A stretch of 64,000 bases of DNA from Xylographa opegraphella. Lineage: Eukaryota. Under the pieces are notes generated by a model. It did no database searches. It saw nothing but the letters and a program-made list of their open reading frames with translations, and was not told the origin of the DNA. The stretch spans positions 62,001-126,000 of the forward strand of contig JALDZX010000013.1 in assembly GCA_022813865.1 (NCBI GenBank), written 5' to 3'. A program made the position numbers and the translations under genes. Within the stretch, counting starts at the first letter, position 1; each line of letters starts with the position of its first letter. Positions 10,669 to 24,400 of this stretch are shown here, one piece after another.

Positions 10669-12899
10669 TACAAGACCCACTTCTCTGGTGAATTCATGTT
10701 TAATCCTATATGCCAATGACTCCTCCTAGGCATTTGTGATTTCTATTCCTGTATTTGATTCCTTCCTTCTTCCCAAGCCTGTTTCGATAATATTTATTAC
10801 TTTTCGTAGCATGACTCTCTATAGTCTCTGGCAGCACTGTAGTACCTGCTGCGGTTCATATATATATGATACTTATGATTTCTACTGCTGCTCGATGGTC
10901 CTTTCATTTCTGTGCACGTCAAATGAATGATTGGAATTATAATCGTTGGTCGTTTACTGCTGCAATGAACACAAATCCTGTGCTTGAATTTTTAATTATG
11001 TATTAATATACGAAACGGATAATGACAAATGGTCGAAAGCGTTAAGAAGTGTTTACACTGCTCAATTTTAGCTCGGTGGAAAATATCCAAGCTATTGGTT
11101 TGCTGAGCACTGGACCAGATTATTGACAAAGCTAGAATGCATTCTCGTCGTCAACGACGATATCGGATGATCATCAATGACTCGACCATCTCCCCGCTTA
11201 TGCAGGAGCCTTGTCTCGATTGCATAAGTGGTTCGACATCAGATGTGGCTCTGCTCAATAGGATTCCAACCGGTAACTGTTATAGCAACCCAATCTACTT
11301 TTGTACTCGTGCAAAGACAACAGCCATGTAAAGGCTAGCTTTCACAGCCACGCAGACTGAAGTTCGAGGTCTTAAGAAAAACAAGACCCTCAGTAGTGCT
11401 GGTTATATCGCTCAGTGGAGAAGGGAAGGCTGCAAGTGTCAAGCTTTAACGCTAACGCTGCTGGATCGTGTTCGGCGGAAGTCTGCACGTGTCGGACTTG
11501 TTGATAAGATTCGGTTGAAGGAGCACTAAAGCTTCAGGTGGGAGCAGTTTGGATCCTGATTTTCCCTCGAACAGGACAGATTCACCACGCAGATGGGGTT
11601 ATAAATTAAAAGGCTAGAGACGGGTCTGCTTGGAAATCGTCTGTACGTTTGATGAAAACATCGGGAGGATCTTCATTCTTCTGTGGGTCGGTCGTGAAAG
11701 CAGAAATTGGGGAAAAATCATAACTGGTAAACCATCAGCAAAATCGATGAAGCCTACCTCGAACCCAGCGCTTACGAGAATATTCTGTGGATTCTCCACG
11801 GACAGCACACCAAATAAGCTATGGAAGAAAGGCGAAGGGGTGCGAAGTTGTCGCCGGCCTGAAAGTTTCTCTCACTACTAGCGCTGCTGAAACAGACACT
11901 ACTATTCCAGTTCTTGCTGCGTCCCTGTTGCAACAATTGGCCGCCACTACAACGGATGCCGGCGAATTGGGTGCTCCGTATCGAGGCATCCAAACCAAAC
12001 ACAACGCAGCTGAAACCACGGCATGATATACTGGCGGATAAGTCCGGACGGAATAGTACATTGAATAGAGATCAGTGTAGAGAGGATGTTACCTTCACGA
12101 CTCATGATTTTCTGTATTTTATGGATCCTAAAAGGCTGTCCCTACGAACGCGATAGTTCTAGTTCTTCCTTTCGAAGCTTCACATCGGTATGGCCGAGTT
12201 TGTTGACAGGCCCACAGTACTCTATCATTCTTGGGCCTGGGGCTCTTCAATTCGAGGTAATTACCCCACAGGGATTGCATTTATGCGAAAGTTATGGATT
12301 TGGGGATAAACGGCTCCGCCTACAAGTTATCCGATTCCAGGAATCTTGGATATATCAGACGGTCTACTTAAGCAGCAGCCACTAAGCATAAGCTCCTAGT
12401 ACATACTCACATACCCACAGAAACACGCGCGTACGAGAGAAACGTGCTCTCACGGAGACGAAATCCGTCCGTTGAGCGTCAGCAGATCAGACTGAAAGTG
12501 CAGCTCCTTCTGAGCAGCCACTCCAGCATCGTCCGATTCGAATCAGTGCCTCCCGCGGCTCGGTACATACCTTCCATCAAAGATAACCAGTACCTTCCAC
12601 GAATAGAGACGCAACCCTTAACAAGATTGGCATACAACTAATCCGGCGTGCTAAAGAGAGAAGTGCTGTGGCACTCGCTACTCTACAGTCGAAAAGATAT
12701 AGGTATAGTTATGCACGCAAGCAAATATCCCCCCGATTATACGTACAAAAAACGTTTCGACATGCAAGAGCAGCCGAAATAACATCCGTCTACAACCAGC
12801 TTATGTGTTTTTCAAATGGCCTTGACCTAGCATTTGAGATACTCGTCAGAGATCCCAATCCCGACACAACTATGAGTCAGTACCTATAGACGTTGGACG

Positions 12900-13172
12900 T
12901 AAACGATTGCAATTGATGAGCAAGAAGGATAAGCTCGTCAAACTCAAGGATCCCCAAGGAACCACCAGCTTATCAAAAGCACCACCATAACCCTCCACCC
13001 TCCTTCCGTACTCAATCAGGCGTGTTATTCGTCTTTGAAAAGCCCTCCATCCCTTTTTTTTTTCCCGCTACAAATTCCTCATTTTTTCCCCTTCTTACGA
13101 GAACTACCGCTATCGTAGCGACCCTTGAGTTTGACGAGCTTATCCTTCTTGCCCATCAATTGTAATCGTTTA
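12900..13172. repeat. 50-bp inverted repeat (arms 12900-12949 and 13123-13172, 173-bp spacer)
   Basis: TAAACGATTGCAATTGATGAGCAAGAAGGATAAGCTCGTCAAACTCAAGG matches the reverse complement of the right arm at 48 of 50 positions. Confidence 0.9.
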
Positions 13173-13469
13173 TAGACTCTAGGCATCAGTATAATCAGTA
13201 CCTGCCTAAGTCTATACGTAAAAAATTTACGAAGTAGTAACAACTCACGAGAAATCAACCTCACCCGATCCGATTTCCGTTGGCCCTAGAACTCGCAGTC
13301 AGTCTGCTAAGGCACCCTCCGCTGGTTTCAAACCGAAGTGGGCCACTGACAGAGCTTCCGTTCGCATCGCTCAACACCTTTTTGAGAGTTCTTACGCTGT
13401 CGTTTTTGCTCGACGGTCACAATCTTCTTCATTCACACAAAAGGCTCACATTGCAACGTGACATATTGG

Positions 13470-13700
13470 TAGCACTGTGCTTGTCGATGATATTATCTAA
13501 CTCGTAAGAATTATCTAAATCTGTATCGCCATCAACGTATACTGCCCCGGGTCTGTCTGGTCTTGGTCTTTGAAATGGATCTGTCGCTGGATCCGGAACT
13601 GGCTCAAGCATTGCCACAGAGAACACTGGGTGGATGCGCCAGTGTTGTGGAATGTCAAGTCGATAGGCCGGTCGACCAGCTCGTTCAAGAAAGTAAGCAT
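13470..13700 (-). mobile_element. degenerate Ty3/gypsy (chromovirus-like) pol C-terminal fragment
   Basis: AYRLDIPQHWRIHPVFSVAMLEP is the post-integrase SH3-like motif of Tf2/gypsy pol. It is followed by a Pro-rich linker and the start of a chromodomain (SYELDNIIDKH). No RT or integrase core is visible nearby. Confidence 0.8.
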
Positions 13701-16139
13701 CTTTCACAGGATGGCTGCTAGAAGAGGCGACAAATCGACACAATGCTACCATATTGCTATGAGCAATTCAAGACACTGAGGGCGAACTTGACTCAAGCAC
13801 TCTAGCTGGCCAGTGCGCCCAGTGTATCTACCTACCTATCCACCGGAGTACAGTATCAGCTCTCGTCAGGTAACCCACCAAGCGGGAGTTTTCCCACAAA
13901 GAGAGATGGTTCAGTATGTCAAGACCATACAGTCGAGCTCTTAGCTCAATGAAATCTTATAAAGAGGGGAGATGTTATGTGAGCTGCTTGGTTTGAGCGT
14001 TTGAAAATTATTATCATCTCTGGTCATTCGTGTATGAAGAATCTTAAGCAAGTTGAAGCTCAATGGCAATGCCTGAACTAAAACACAATAGCGATTTCGC
14101 ATGTTATCTCACTTTCGAGAACTTGATCATTATTCATCTGTTCTCCATCTTAGTCCACATATGCCTGGAAGACTTCTGCTGAAGATGTTATATATCATGA
14201 TACACTTGGCCCCTCATCCTTTTTATCAACTTCGAAGCCGTTTGTCACGACACACTAGGCGGTACCCAAGGAATTTTCTCGTATATCAAATATCTAAACC
14301 ACGATGAGCGTTTTAAGTCGAAGAGACTTCCTTGTCTCAAAGGACGGACGGCAAGTTGGGTGTACTTCACGCGTCTTCGCAGTGGATAATCATCACGACT
14401 CAATTTTTGTAACACGGAAACTCAAATCGTTGAGTTATTTCGGCAGCTTTGCGGTTCTGGCTATGAATACAAGAGGCGCGAACATTATTGCAACAATGAA
14501 CAAGCTCGACCGACCTAATAAAGCTCTGAAAGATGGTAAACGAAAAGAAGGTCTGTACGACAGTTGATAATTGTTCCCTATCGGAAGAGTATCTGCTACA
14601 GCTGGTGGGTATAAATTCTGAATAGGAAAGCCGACAATGCTCGTAGAATGGAAGGCACGTCACAGCAATATCTTACTAAACCATTAAATGATCTCTTCGG
14701 AACCTATATCGTCGCTCCTGCAAACGGAGACCGCAGGATCTGCTGCTGGAGGTTACACTTGACATACTGCATCGCAGAGTATGGGGATCTCCCTGAGCCT
14801 GGAGCAAGCGTAAGTATGCTTATCAGCTGACGTTTGATAGAGCTTTCGAAAGATGAATGTAGCTCGAATGAATGCTGCTTCCGTGGTCGACTTCGGTAAG
14901 TTTGCAACTTCCTCCCCTACCTGTCTGGAATTCGGGGTGTTACGGATCTTTCGGTTGCGATAGCGCAGGGTGGATGTATAGCTATTAAATGTCGCGAACA
15001 GGTATTAGCTACACGGGTAGCCGATCCGTTCTTTCGTTCCGGTGTAGATACCCTGGACCTAGACGGTATCGAGGGGTCTGAGCAAAATATACTCGACGCG
15101 TTTGACAACTCCGCCCGCGCTACCGCGGAGCTGATTGATGGTCTTTTCTTGCGTGTGGAGAAGATGGGGCTTTGCGATGATTGGGAAAATCACTGGAAGT
15201 CGGAACAAGGAAGAGTGGATCTCTTCCGCCGGCAAGATAGAGACGTCGTTGATGATGTTCCGTATTGATTTCACCAACAGAGAAGAATGGAAGCCATTAC
15301 ACACGTTCCTACCAACCTTCAGTGATCTCGAAGCCCCTTGGCTTGCAGGCACCGACCAATATCTCCCCATGGTTGGAGTGCAGCTACAGGTTAAGGATGA
15401 AAGTGCAGTGAATGACCCAATGAGAAGTTTATAACAGCTCGTATGTTAGGCTACAAAGTGGCTACAGTAATACTTCCGAATGATGTGCTGATAATTGTTA
15501 TTATTAAGTCAGTATAATACTACCTCGCGATATAAGAACAGTGACTCTTTAATAAATTAGAGGAAGATCCTGTATATTCTTCCCCCTACCAGCAGATTGG
15601 AAGATGATCAGATTAATAAATCTTATCGAATATTTATATTGGGATTTTTTTTAGGAATTCCTTCCGTGTATCACTACTTTCATCGAGTCCCCAAAGAACG
15701 CTATGTAAAGTCTTCGAGAAGGCAGGGAGGGAATGTAGCAAGCGGCAGTTATCTTATTCACAAACAAATATTCCATCCTCCACCTAAGGAAAGACTGGAT
15801 GGGCGGCGTGAAGAACTACGACCAGCAGGAATGGATGAGACAATCAACGGACATAACTATAAACTCTGTCTCTTCGCCAATTCTATCAGCAGACTGGGCT
15901 TAATACTCGACGAACGAAACCCCTTACGGATGGAGCGAACAGCTCCAGCTATAATATCGATACAGATAAATCTGATCGCTCGACTCGAACTGCCTTGAGG
16001 GTATTCCCAACGACGATCTATTCGACTCTTGAAGTCGGCAATGATTGGTATCGTAGCTGCTCCAGGCCACTTACATTATATATGGAGTGCTGCAAGTTAC
16101 TGAGTCATGTTGCTAAGAATCCGCTCATTGAGCCTGCAC

Positions 16140-16418
16140 AATGGGTGAGACTGACACTCAACCAATGGAAGCTGATAGTTATTGAGTGCACCATCGAACA
16201 AGAGAACGGGCCTATTGGGAGATGATCACGGAGTGGGCAAAACAAATCTGGGTCTTTCACTTGTCGCCTTGGTGGCCTTGTCTATTGAATTCCTTACGGG
16301 CGGAAGCCATATGCGTGTATCTCGACCGGCTACTATTATATGTCCCCACAGCATTATCGACACATGGTACGAAGAGTGGAGGAGATGGTTTCCCAATCAT
16401 GTAAGGCTTTTGCTCTAG
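16140..16418 (+). pseudogene. fragment of a SNF2/Rad5-like helicase ATPase N-lobe
   Basis: GLLGDDHGVGKT (16209-16244) resembles motif I (GGILADEMGLGKT). ATIICPHSIIDTWYEEWRRWFP resembles motif Ia. There is a frameshift just upstream, an in-frame stop at 16416-16418, and no DExH motif found downstream. Confidence 0.65.
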
Positions 16419-18196
16419 CATGGCTACTCGGATCACGGACTATCCGTTCGAGGCAGCGACAAAGCTCGAGTCTCGGCGAAACTGGTAAACCTGTGGGGTT
16501 TAGGACCCCTGTTTGAAGAAATCACGAAGGAGATGGCGATGAAAGTTGGATTAAGGATATAATTAGCACAACAATGGGATAGTATCCAAGGCTGAGGGAC
16601 AGTGGTATCCTGGCATAGCAAAGGATAGATGTAACAACGCTTTCACGGTCCATAATTCTCGAATTGAAGTAGCTGTTACGAAGTCAGTGACATTGTGATG
16701 GTATTATGCTTCAATATCAGCACTAAGTAAACCGTTCTCTAAAATCTAGCAACGCAGTCGAGCATAAAGGTGATGATGGATGGCGGAGGCGTTTGAGCGT
16801 GCCTGACGGACGACCGTCTCCATCGAGGCTTATTAGCCAGCGTTAGGAGCAATATGATGGGTAGACCAACTCCATATTGAACGACATTGAGAAGTGAACT
16901 ACAAATACGTGATTGTCCTCTCTCGTGTGAGGTGGTTTAAGACGTCAAGTCGCTAGCCAGGACAGGCTAACTATTTCGGGCGTAGATCAAGGGCTCCCGC
17001 TCGGCTGAATTCAATTTTCGGAATTAAGAATAGTCCGAGCGGGACGGCATGTTCTGAGGCTGGATGAGGTTAGAAGCACGGCTCCGACCTCAGCCAGCCT
17101 CGCCAGCCAGCCTCCCTGTCACTTCCTCCACCACTTCTGTATAGTCGGAATTCAGCTATCCACTTCCTGCCACTTGTCTCTCCCCACGTTGATCTCGAAG
17201 GAATGTGTGCCCAGACTGACCCGCTGAGTGGGGCTCGACCCCACCAGTAAGAAGGCTAAGGTCTTACAGATACTGGCCGATGGTCCATGAAGCTAGCACA
17301 GCGTCGCCATGGCCACGATCATTGTTCGGTACCGCTGGACGCCGCTGGGCCGCCGGCTTCTACACCCTAGGTGGCCTAGATCTGCTGGTGGCTAGCTGAG
17401 TAACAGCGATTCGAATCCCGTTCCGGCGTCGCAGTCGTGCGGCCTCAGTGCTAAGGAGCGCCTCGTCTCTACCTGGGCGGAAGTTCGTCGCCAACGGGCT
17501 GTCAAGCTCGCAGGTCCGTGGTCTAGATCTGCGCCGGACCAACTGAAAGTCATGGTGCATCCGAAAATGGGAGGGTGAAAGATCCGGGCGGTTATGGCAT
17601 GCAAGCCATGACATGCAAGCTACAATAATGTGCGAGCCCCATGCAACGTATATCAATATGGCAGCTATAATATGCAAACCTACAACACACTAACATGGCT
17701 GGCTGAATCGGCTGGTCGGTATACACCTTCCTGCTGTTATCACATCTCGACATCACACTCCAAGATGCTCCGCAGTCCACTACTTTCAGGAGGCCTCGCA
17801 GACGGGTGGATATGGATCTAATATACTCGTATGTTGCTCCGGCAGACGTGCGATTGGCTTTCAGTCGCGAATGGTTGACTGACTGGACAGGTGTGCTCGT
17901 CGACCAAAAATGAAGAAACAGCAAGACCGGAAGTCTCATTCCAAGCCAGTCTGGAGCGCTCCACTGGAATGTGCCACCTCCCACACTTATAAGTGCCACT
18001 TCTGAACAGTGTTCTGTTTTGGAGCTATCTAGACTTGAAAGTTACCATGGCTCGATTCGATAGTCTCCTGCACACTGATCACGTACTTCCATTCCTCGAA
18101 TACTTAAAGCCACTGGATCCCCCGTGCAGTTTGCAGATGGACTTCTAAGCATTAGAGATTATCCTATTCGATCGAGGTACTGGAAACTATTTTGCA

Positions 18197-20631
18197 ATGG
18201 CAACTCAAGACAGCGGCCCGATTATTCTGACACCAGGTGAGGTCTTGGGTAAGGCAGAGCCGGTGATGGGCGGTGATGTGAGTAGCTGGCCAGAAGACCC
18301 AGCGGAAGTGCCTATGGCGATGTGGGATAGTGGCGTGTTTATCACGGAATTGATCAACCTGAATCTGAGCCCCAAAAAGATTCAGATTGCGAAGCTCGGC
18401 GAGCGGGAGCAGGAAGATTTCAATGCCAATCCTGAGGCGCTGCTGGCCATAGTATCGGTGCCACCGCAGCTTAAGGAAGGCACGTATCGAGGCACGCAGC
18501 TTGCGCTCACGAAGATGTATGAGCTTGTTGAGTCCAAGTAAGCTGTCCAGCCGCTCGGACATGGCCCGAACTAACCGAGTCAACGTAGCTATAAGTCATA
18601 TATGGATGCTGCCAATTTTGAGCCTACCGTTCCTTCGCCGCTACCTGTAGAGAAGAAACGCGAATTCTTCTCATTTACGTGTCCGAATCTGGAGGACCCG
18701 TTAGCGGACAACTTTCCACCGCACCTAAATCTTGCTGCCAACAAAGATTGGTCGAAGAGAGCAGAGTCCAGCAAGGAGACGATAGATTCCAATCAAAATG
18801 CATTTTTGAAACCAACGGACCTATTCAACAAAATGCGCGTGGCGCAACTAGCTCAGCTACTACCGGCGCTCATTCCGGATACATTCTTGGGTCATGTTGA
18901 AGCTGCGCTGGGCGTAGCTGCGGCGAACCTCAAATTCGGTGCGATAGGTCGTCCGGATGCTGGAAAAACTATCCATGATGTCGAACAATATCAACGCAAG
19001 GAGCGGGGCAAGAAGTATATCTGGCAGAAGAATGACATCTTCAACCTACCCAACGTGGGTGATCTGCCCGACTGGTACAGTGATGAACGCTTTGCTCAAC
19101 AATTCTTCACCGGCACAAACCCAACCACGATCGAGCCTGCTTCGGATTTCTGGATTCAGCATTTCCTCAGTGCTTCGCAGCCCGAGGATCAGAAAATGCG
19201 GGCCAAGATCGAAAAGCTGTCCCAGGAGGCTCGTGGCAGCCTGTACATGCAAGACTATAGTTACTTCCGAGAGGCTGCTGGGATCCCGCCCTCAGAGGTC
19301 ATTTCATGCGAATACGAGTATGTGGAGGAGGACAAGAAAGTCAAGGGTACCCGTTATGGCGTTGCTGCTGTATGCCTCTTCCACCTGAACGAGGAGAATG
19401 GAAAACTAGCGCCCCTGGCCATTGTGTGTGACTGGCGTGGGAGCAAAGACAATTCGGTGACAATCTACAATCAGGAGCCGCCCCGGAGCACGAGTGAGCA
19501 GGCAGTCGACTGGCCTTGGCGATATGGTAAGTCTCCTAATCTTCCTGCTATCCGACTAACATATGAGCAGCCAAAACTTGTGTGCAAACCTCAGATTGGC
19601 TTCGCCACGAGGTGACAGTCCATTTGACAAACACCCATTTGATCGAAGAAGCCACTATCGTCGGCGCCCAGCGATCGTTCCCAGACACGCACATGGTCTT
19701 TCAATTATTGTACCCACACTGGCAGAAAACACTTGCGCTGAACGCAGCCGCGCGGGCGACCCTGGTGCCGCATGTCATCAATGAGCTGCTCCCCTTTACC
19801 AAGGACCAATCGACGCTTTTCACGCTACATGCGTTCAATTCATTCGACTTTAAAGGTCGCTATGCTCCCGAGGACCTGCGTCGGCGGGGATTTCCACCGG
19901 AGACGTTGGATCAACCGCGAAGCCGCAACTACGCGTGGGCGCGCTGTATCCATAGCATGTGGGGCAAGATCCGACGTTATGTGGCCGGCATGCTGGATCT
20001 AGCCTACCCGGGACCCGACGCCGATCAGAAGGTTGCGGCCGACGGTTGCGTTCGCGACTGGTCCGAGATCATGCAGAAGGATCCCTCACCCGCGGGCGAC
20101 GGCGGCGCCGGCCTCAAGTCCTTCCCGACCATCCGCACGCTGGATCAGCTGATCGACGCCGTCACCATGTGCATCCACCTCGCCTCGCCGCAGCACACAT
20201 CCATCAACTACCTGCAGAACTACTACCAAGCCTTCGTGATCAACAAGCCGCCGTGCCTGTACCGGCCGCCGCCCACGTCGCTCGCGGAACTGCGCGCATT
20301 CAAGGAGAAGCAGCTCGTGCTCACGCTGCCGATCAACCACCCGAAGGAGTGGCTGCTCGCCAGCCACATCTCCTACCTGCTCAGCTTCAAGCCCGGCGAC
20401 AAGGAGAGCCTGATCTCGTACGCCTGCTCCAAGTACCAGGTCTACATGGGCAAACGTCGCGATAAGAGTAAGAATGCGCCTGAGATCGCTACCGTGGCGC
20501 GCCGCTTCTACAATGAGCTGAGGGCGTCGGAGGCGGAGTTTAAACGGTACGGGCAGGATACGTTCGACGCCGGTGTTATTACGTATGATGTGCTGAGTCC
20601 GAGCTGGAATGCGGTTAGTATCTTGATTTAG
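18197..20631 (+). CDS. intracellular iron-type lipoxygenase (about 779 aa)
   Basis: Exons 18197-18537, 18589-19526, 19571-20631 join in frame. DWYSDERFAQQFFTGTNP, WRYAKTCVQTSDWLRHEVTVHLTNTHLIEE (HX4H ligands), QHTSIN (His/Asn ligands), and a C-terminal Ile ligand (AVSILI*). No signal peptide. Confidence 0.93.
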
Positions 20632-21426
20632 TTTCGGGGTTTGCATGGGATGCAGTTGAGGGTTTGGAGTACCGGCAGCAGTGAGGGTTATGGGGTCCCA
20701 GGGCTCTTCAGTGAGCAGTATGTCCCGGCTGTAAGAGGCTCGTTGGCGTTATACGGGACCGGCAACGAGATAGAACAGATGCACCAGATACCCCCAAACC
20801 CTCTCCCAGTGTGCATACGAATGAAAACGACAAACCCCCTTTCAGCCAGGCTGCTGTCACATTCCGTCCGCTCTACCAATGTAGATGGATTGAAAAACAA
20901 CAACAACAAAAAAACCCCGCCCAACCTCATATTACCTTTGCACTGGAACATTCCCTACCGGCATCGAAACGCCATTCCTAACATCACTGGATGGATCCTT
21001 GCGGCGGTGTGGCGGTAAGTGGGAATAAAAGACCGGAGGGGTTAAAGAAGAGAGAGGGGCGTTGTTACAAGCACGCTCACAGATCCTGTAGGGGGGATGA
21101 AAGGCAGGGGGGAGGGGAAAGGGGAAGGAAGGCCCGAAGGGGGCAGGATGTCGAAAGTGGTGAGTGTAGGACAAGGCGAGCGGGCAACATAGAGATATGG
21201 CTCTTGAGCGATGTATACATTCTCCCCGTATCTCTATCAACAGCATCTATGCAAACCCGGGGAACGAAATCAAGAGACTAAATGAACAGCGCAGTCGCGA
21301 AGATACACACAACAAAACAGACCCATATTCCCTCCCTCTATGTATATACCCATATATCCACCCATATATCAAATTTCCCATCCCAATCCCCAATTCCAAG
21401 CCCAACCCGCTTCTTCCCTTTCCCAT

Positions 21427-24400
21427 CTACTTCGCCTCCCCCTCCTGCGCCCCACTCGCCGCGGCAGCGCCCTCCTTGCCGACAACGTCCCACGGCACAT
21501 AGGAGCTCTTGCTGGCGATCTTCAGCGCCAGCTGACTGATCGGCACCTTGCTCAGAATATCGAAAACGCTAACCTGGCTCTTAAGCTCCTTGAAGATCCA
21601 ATTGCGAATCTCGATCGCGACAAGGGAGTCGACGCCGTAGGAGTAGACCGCTTTGTGGGTATCGATATCCTCGACCGCGATGGCGAGCGACTTGCTCAGT
21701 TTGAGCGCGAGGCCCCCCTCGACCAGCTCGGCCGCGTGCGCGAGCGAGGTCGCGGCCGTGAGCGCGCCCTTGAGCTCCGAGGCCGAGTCCTCGTTCGTCT
21801 GCTGCACGCCCTTGACGTCCAGCCGGCGCAGGTAGTGGTACTTGGGGTCGTCGTAGATGTTCGTCGTCTTGAGGTGCTCCATCTGCTGGCCCATGCCGCC
21901 CGTGCCCGCGCCCGTGACCATCTGCGTCGGGAAGGGGAAGTCCTGCTCCGAGTAGCCCGTCAGCGCCGACTCGATGAGCGAAAAGAGCTCCGCCGGCTGC
22001 AGCGACATGCGCGCGAAGTCGGCCTGCATCTCGGGCGCGATGTTCATGTTCTCCGCCATCCAGCCGACGCCGGAGATGGCGCCGAGGTCGAGCGCGCAGG
22101 CGGGGAGGCCGAGCGACTTGCGGTAGTGCGCGAGGCCATCCTGGTAGGTGTTGCCGGCCGCGTAGTTGCTCTGGGAGCCGTTGCCGCTGATGCCGGAGAC
22201 GGAGGACAGCATGACGAAGAAGTCGAGGTCCTTGGGCGCGAGCTCGTGGAGGTTCCAGCTGCCTTGGATTTTAGGCCGTGTCGTGGCGACCCAGGACTCG
22301 TACGTCATGTCTTCGAAGTATTTGTCGTTGAGGACCATGGCTGCTTGGATGACACCTCGGACTCGTGGCATTTGGGCGGCCATCTTGGAGAAGGTTGCCT
22401 TGACGGCAGCGGCATCGGTGACATCGCAGGCGTACGGCACAATGTCGATACCCATGTTCTTCAACTCATTGATGGCTTCTTTGACCCCGGCACCGGAGTC
22501 ACCTGAACGTGACATGAAAGCGAGATGTCGGGCTCCGTGGTCCATGAGGAAGACTGCGAGCGCGCGGCCTATACCTCCTGTTCCGCCAACGACAACGTAG
22601 GTAGCCTTGCCATCCAGATTCAACGGGTGAGGGTTGCGAGGTATGACGGGGACCATGTCATCAGGGTTAGCTTTCAGCACGATCTTGCCCATGTGCTTGG
22701 CCTGTTGCATGAGTCTAAAAGCCTTCTCGATTTCCGAGTATTTGTAGACGGTGATCGGCTTTACCAGGCCCACAGAACCCGATCGAATCAGATCAAAGAC
22801 ATTCTTGAAAACTTTCGCCATCATCTTGGTATTGTTGCGGGCCATGTGCTATGGTAGTGTTAGGACGGCTTTCATCAGGATGCTCCAAGAATTCAACTGA
22901 CCTCGATATTGACACCTCCGAAAGTGACGTTTCGTAAGAACGGACCCATTTCCAGGCCACTGTTAGCCAGAATATCTTTCTTTCCGACTTCGATGAAACG
23001 GCCATAGGATGAGGTACACTCCCAAGTCTTCCGCAACGCCTCTCCGGCAAGAGAGTTGAGGACCACATCAACACCTTTGCCGTTTGTCATGCGCATGATA
23101 CCCTGAGCGAACGCCACGTCACGCGAGTTGAAGATGTGGTCGGCAGGAATACCGTATTCTTCCATCAGTAGCTGACGCTTCTCCGCTGAACCAGCGGTAA
23201 CAAATATCTCAGCACCGATATGTTTCGCCAGCATGATGGCAGCTTGTCCAAGACCTGTCGTAAATGTTAGTCCAAATTGCTCAGTAAACTCATCGGCCTC
23301 CCTGGCCGTGATAATGCTAAAATTGTTGTATATCAGATGCAAAGCATGACTTACCACCTGCAGCACTGTGAATGAGAATGGTCTCTCCCTCTGAGAGTCG
23401 TCCGATCTCTACCAAGCCCTGGTAAGCAGTGATATATACGCACGGTAAAGTTGCACCCTCCTCTATGCTCATATCGGCTGGCAGAAGCTGAACGAGAGTC
23501 TCCTGAGTCCGCAGTAGATTGCAATAAGCACCAAGGTACATGGTAGCAACTCGGTCGCCAGGCTTTACAAGTGTAACCTTCGAACCTACTCGCTTGATGG
23601 TACCGGCTGCGTCGGCACCGAGCACGGTATCAACGACGAGGCCCATACTGACCATGATATCACTGTCAAGGTGTCAGCGGAAATGCGAAGTTTCCATTGC
23701 TATCTTTACTTACACAAAGTTCATCGCATTGGCAAGCACCTCGATTTCAACCTCGTTGTCACCCAAGGGCTCCAGTGGCCGTGGGTCGTCGACGAAGTGT
23801 AACGTATCGAGCATTCCAGGATTACCAATATCGAGACGGAGAGGCCGGCCTGGTTGTGAAAACGGCTGTAATTCAGGCATGGCCTGCTCGTCGAGAGTTT
23901 GTAGGGCATGATTCTTGTGTTTCTCATCAAAGAGACGCGGAATGTAGAGTTGACCATTGAGCTCCGAAATTTCGGTCTCAAGATTGGCTTCGTCAGCATC
24001 GTAGATCGAATAGAAGACCCTTCTGATCAGATCAGCAGCCGATGCACTGGATAGCTTCATTTGCGTCGAGAAATTGAGCTCGTGCATTCGAATGTGAGGC
24101 ATTTCACATCTCACTACACGCAACATGCCAGTAGTGGCGCAGAAAGATGGGTCTCCAGAGGGATCCAGTTGGCGGCCGCCTCGTGAGATCCATAGTCCTC
24201 CTAGACTTCGAAGAAGTACCGTGTGCATCGAATTGAAGTTTTCCTTCGTGATGTCGATAAGAAGAGGATCCTCCGCTTCTATCAGTGATACAACGCCTTT
24301 TCCAGCTACAAAGGGCTCTTCGTTAGCGCCAGTAGCTGCTGCACCCTCCAAAGTTGTGTGCTCGATTTCAAGACCAAGATCTGACAATGCCTTTAAGACA

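Noticed and set aside
17351..17428. tRNA-like TTCGAATCCC with complementary CGCCGG/CCGGCG ends
   Set aside because: The T-stem does not pair, and no D or anticodon arms can be drawn.
21340..22506. 388-aa plus-strand ORF antisense to the PKS KR/ACP region, and similar antisense ORFs over DBP7 and LOX
   Set aside because: Shadow ORFs caused by high GC3 on the coding strand; no recognisable motifs.
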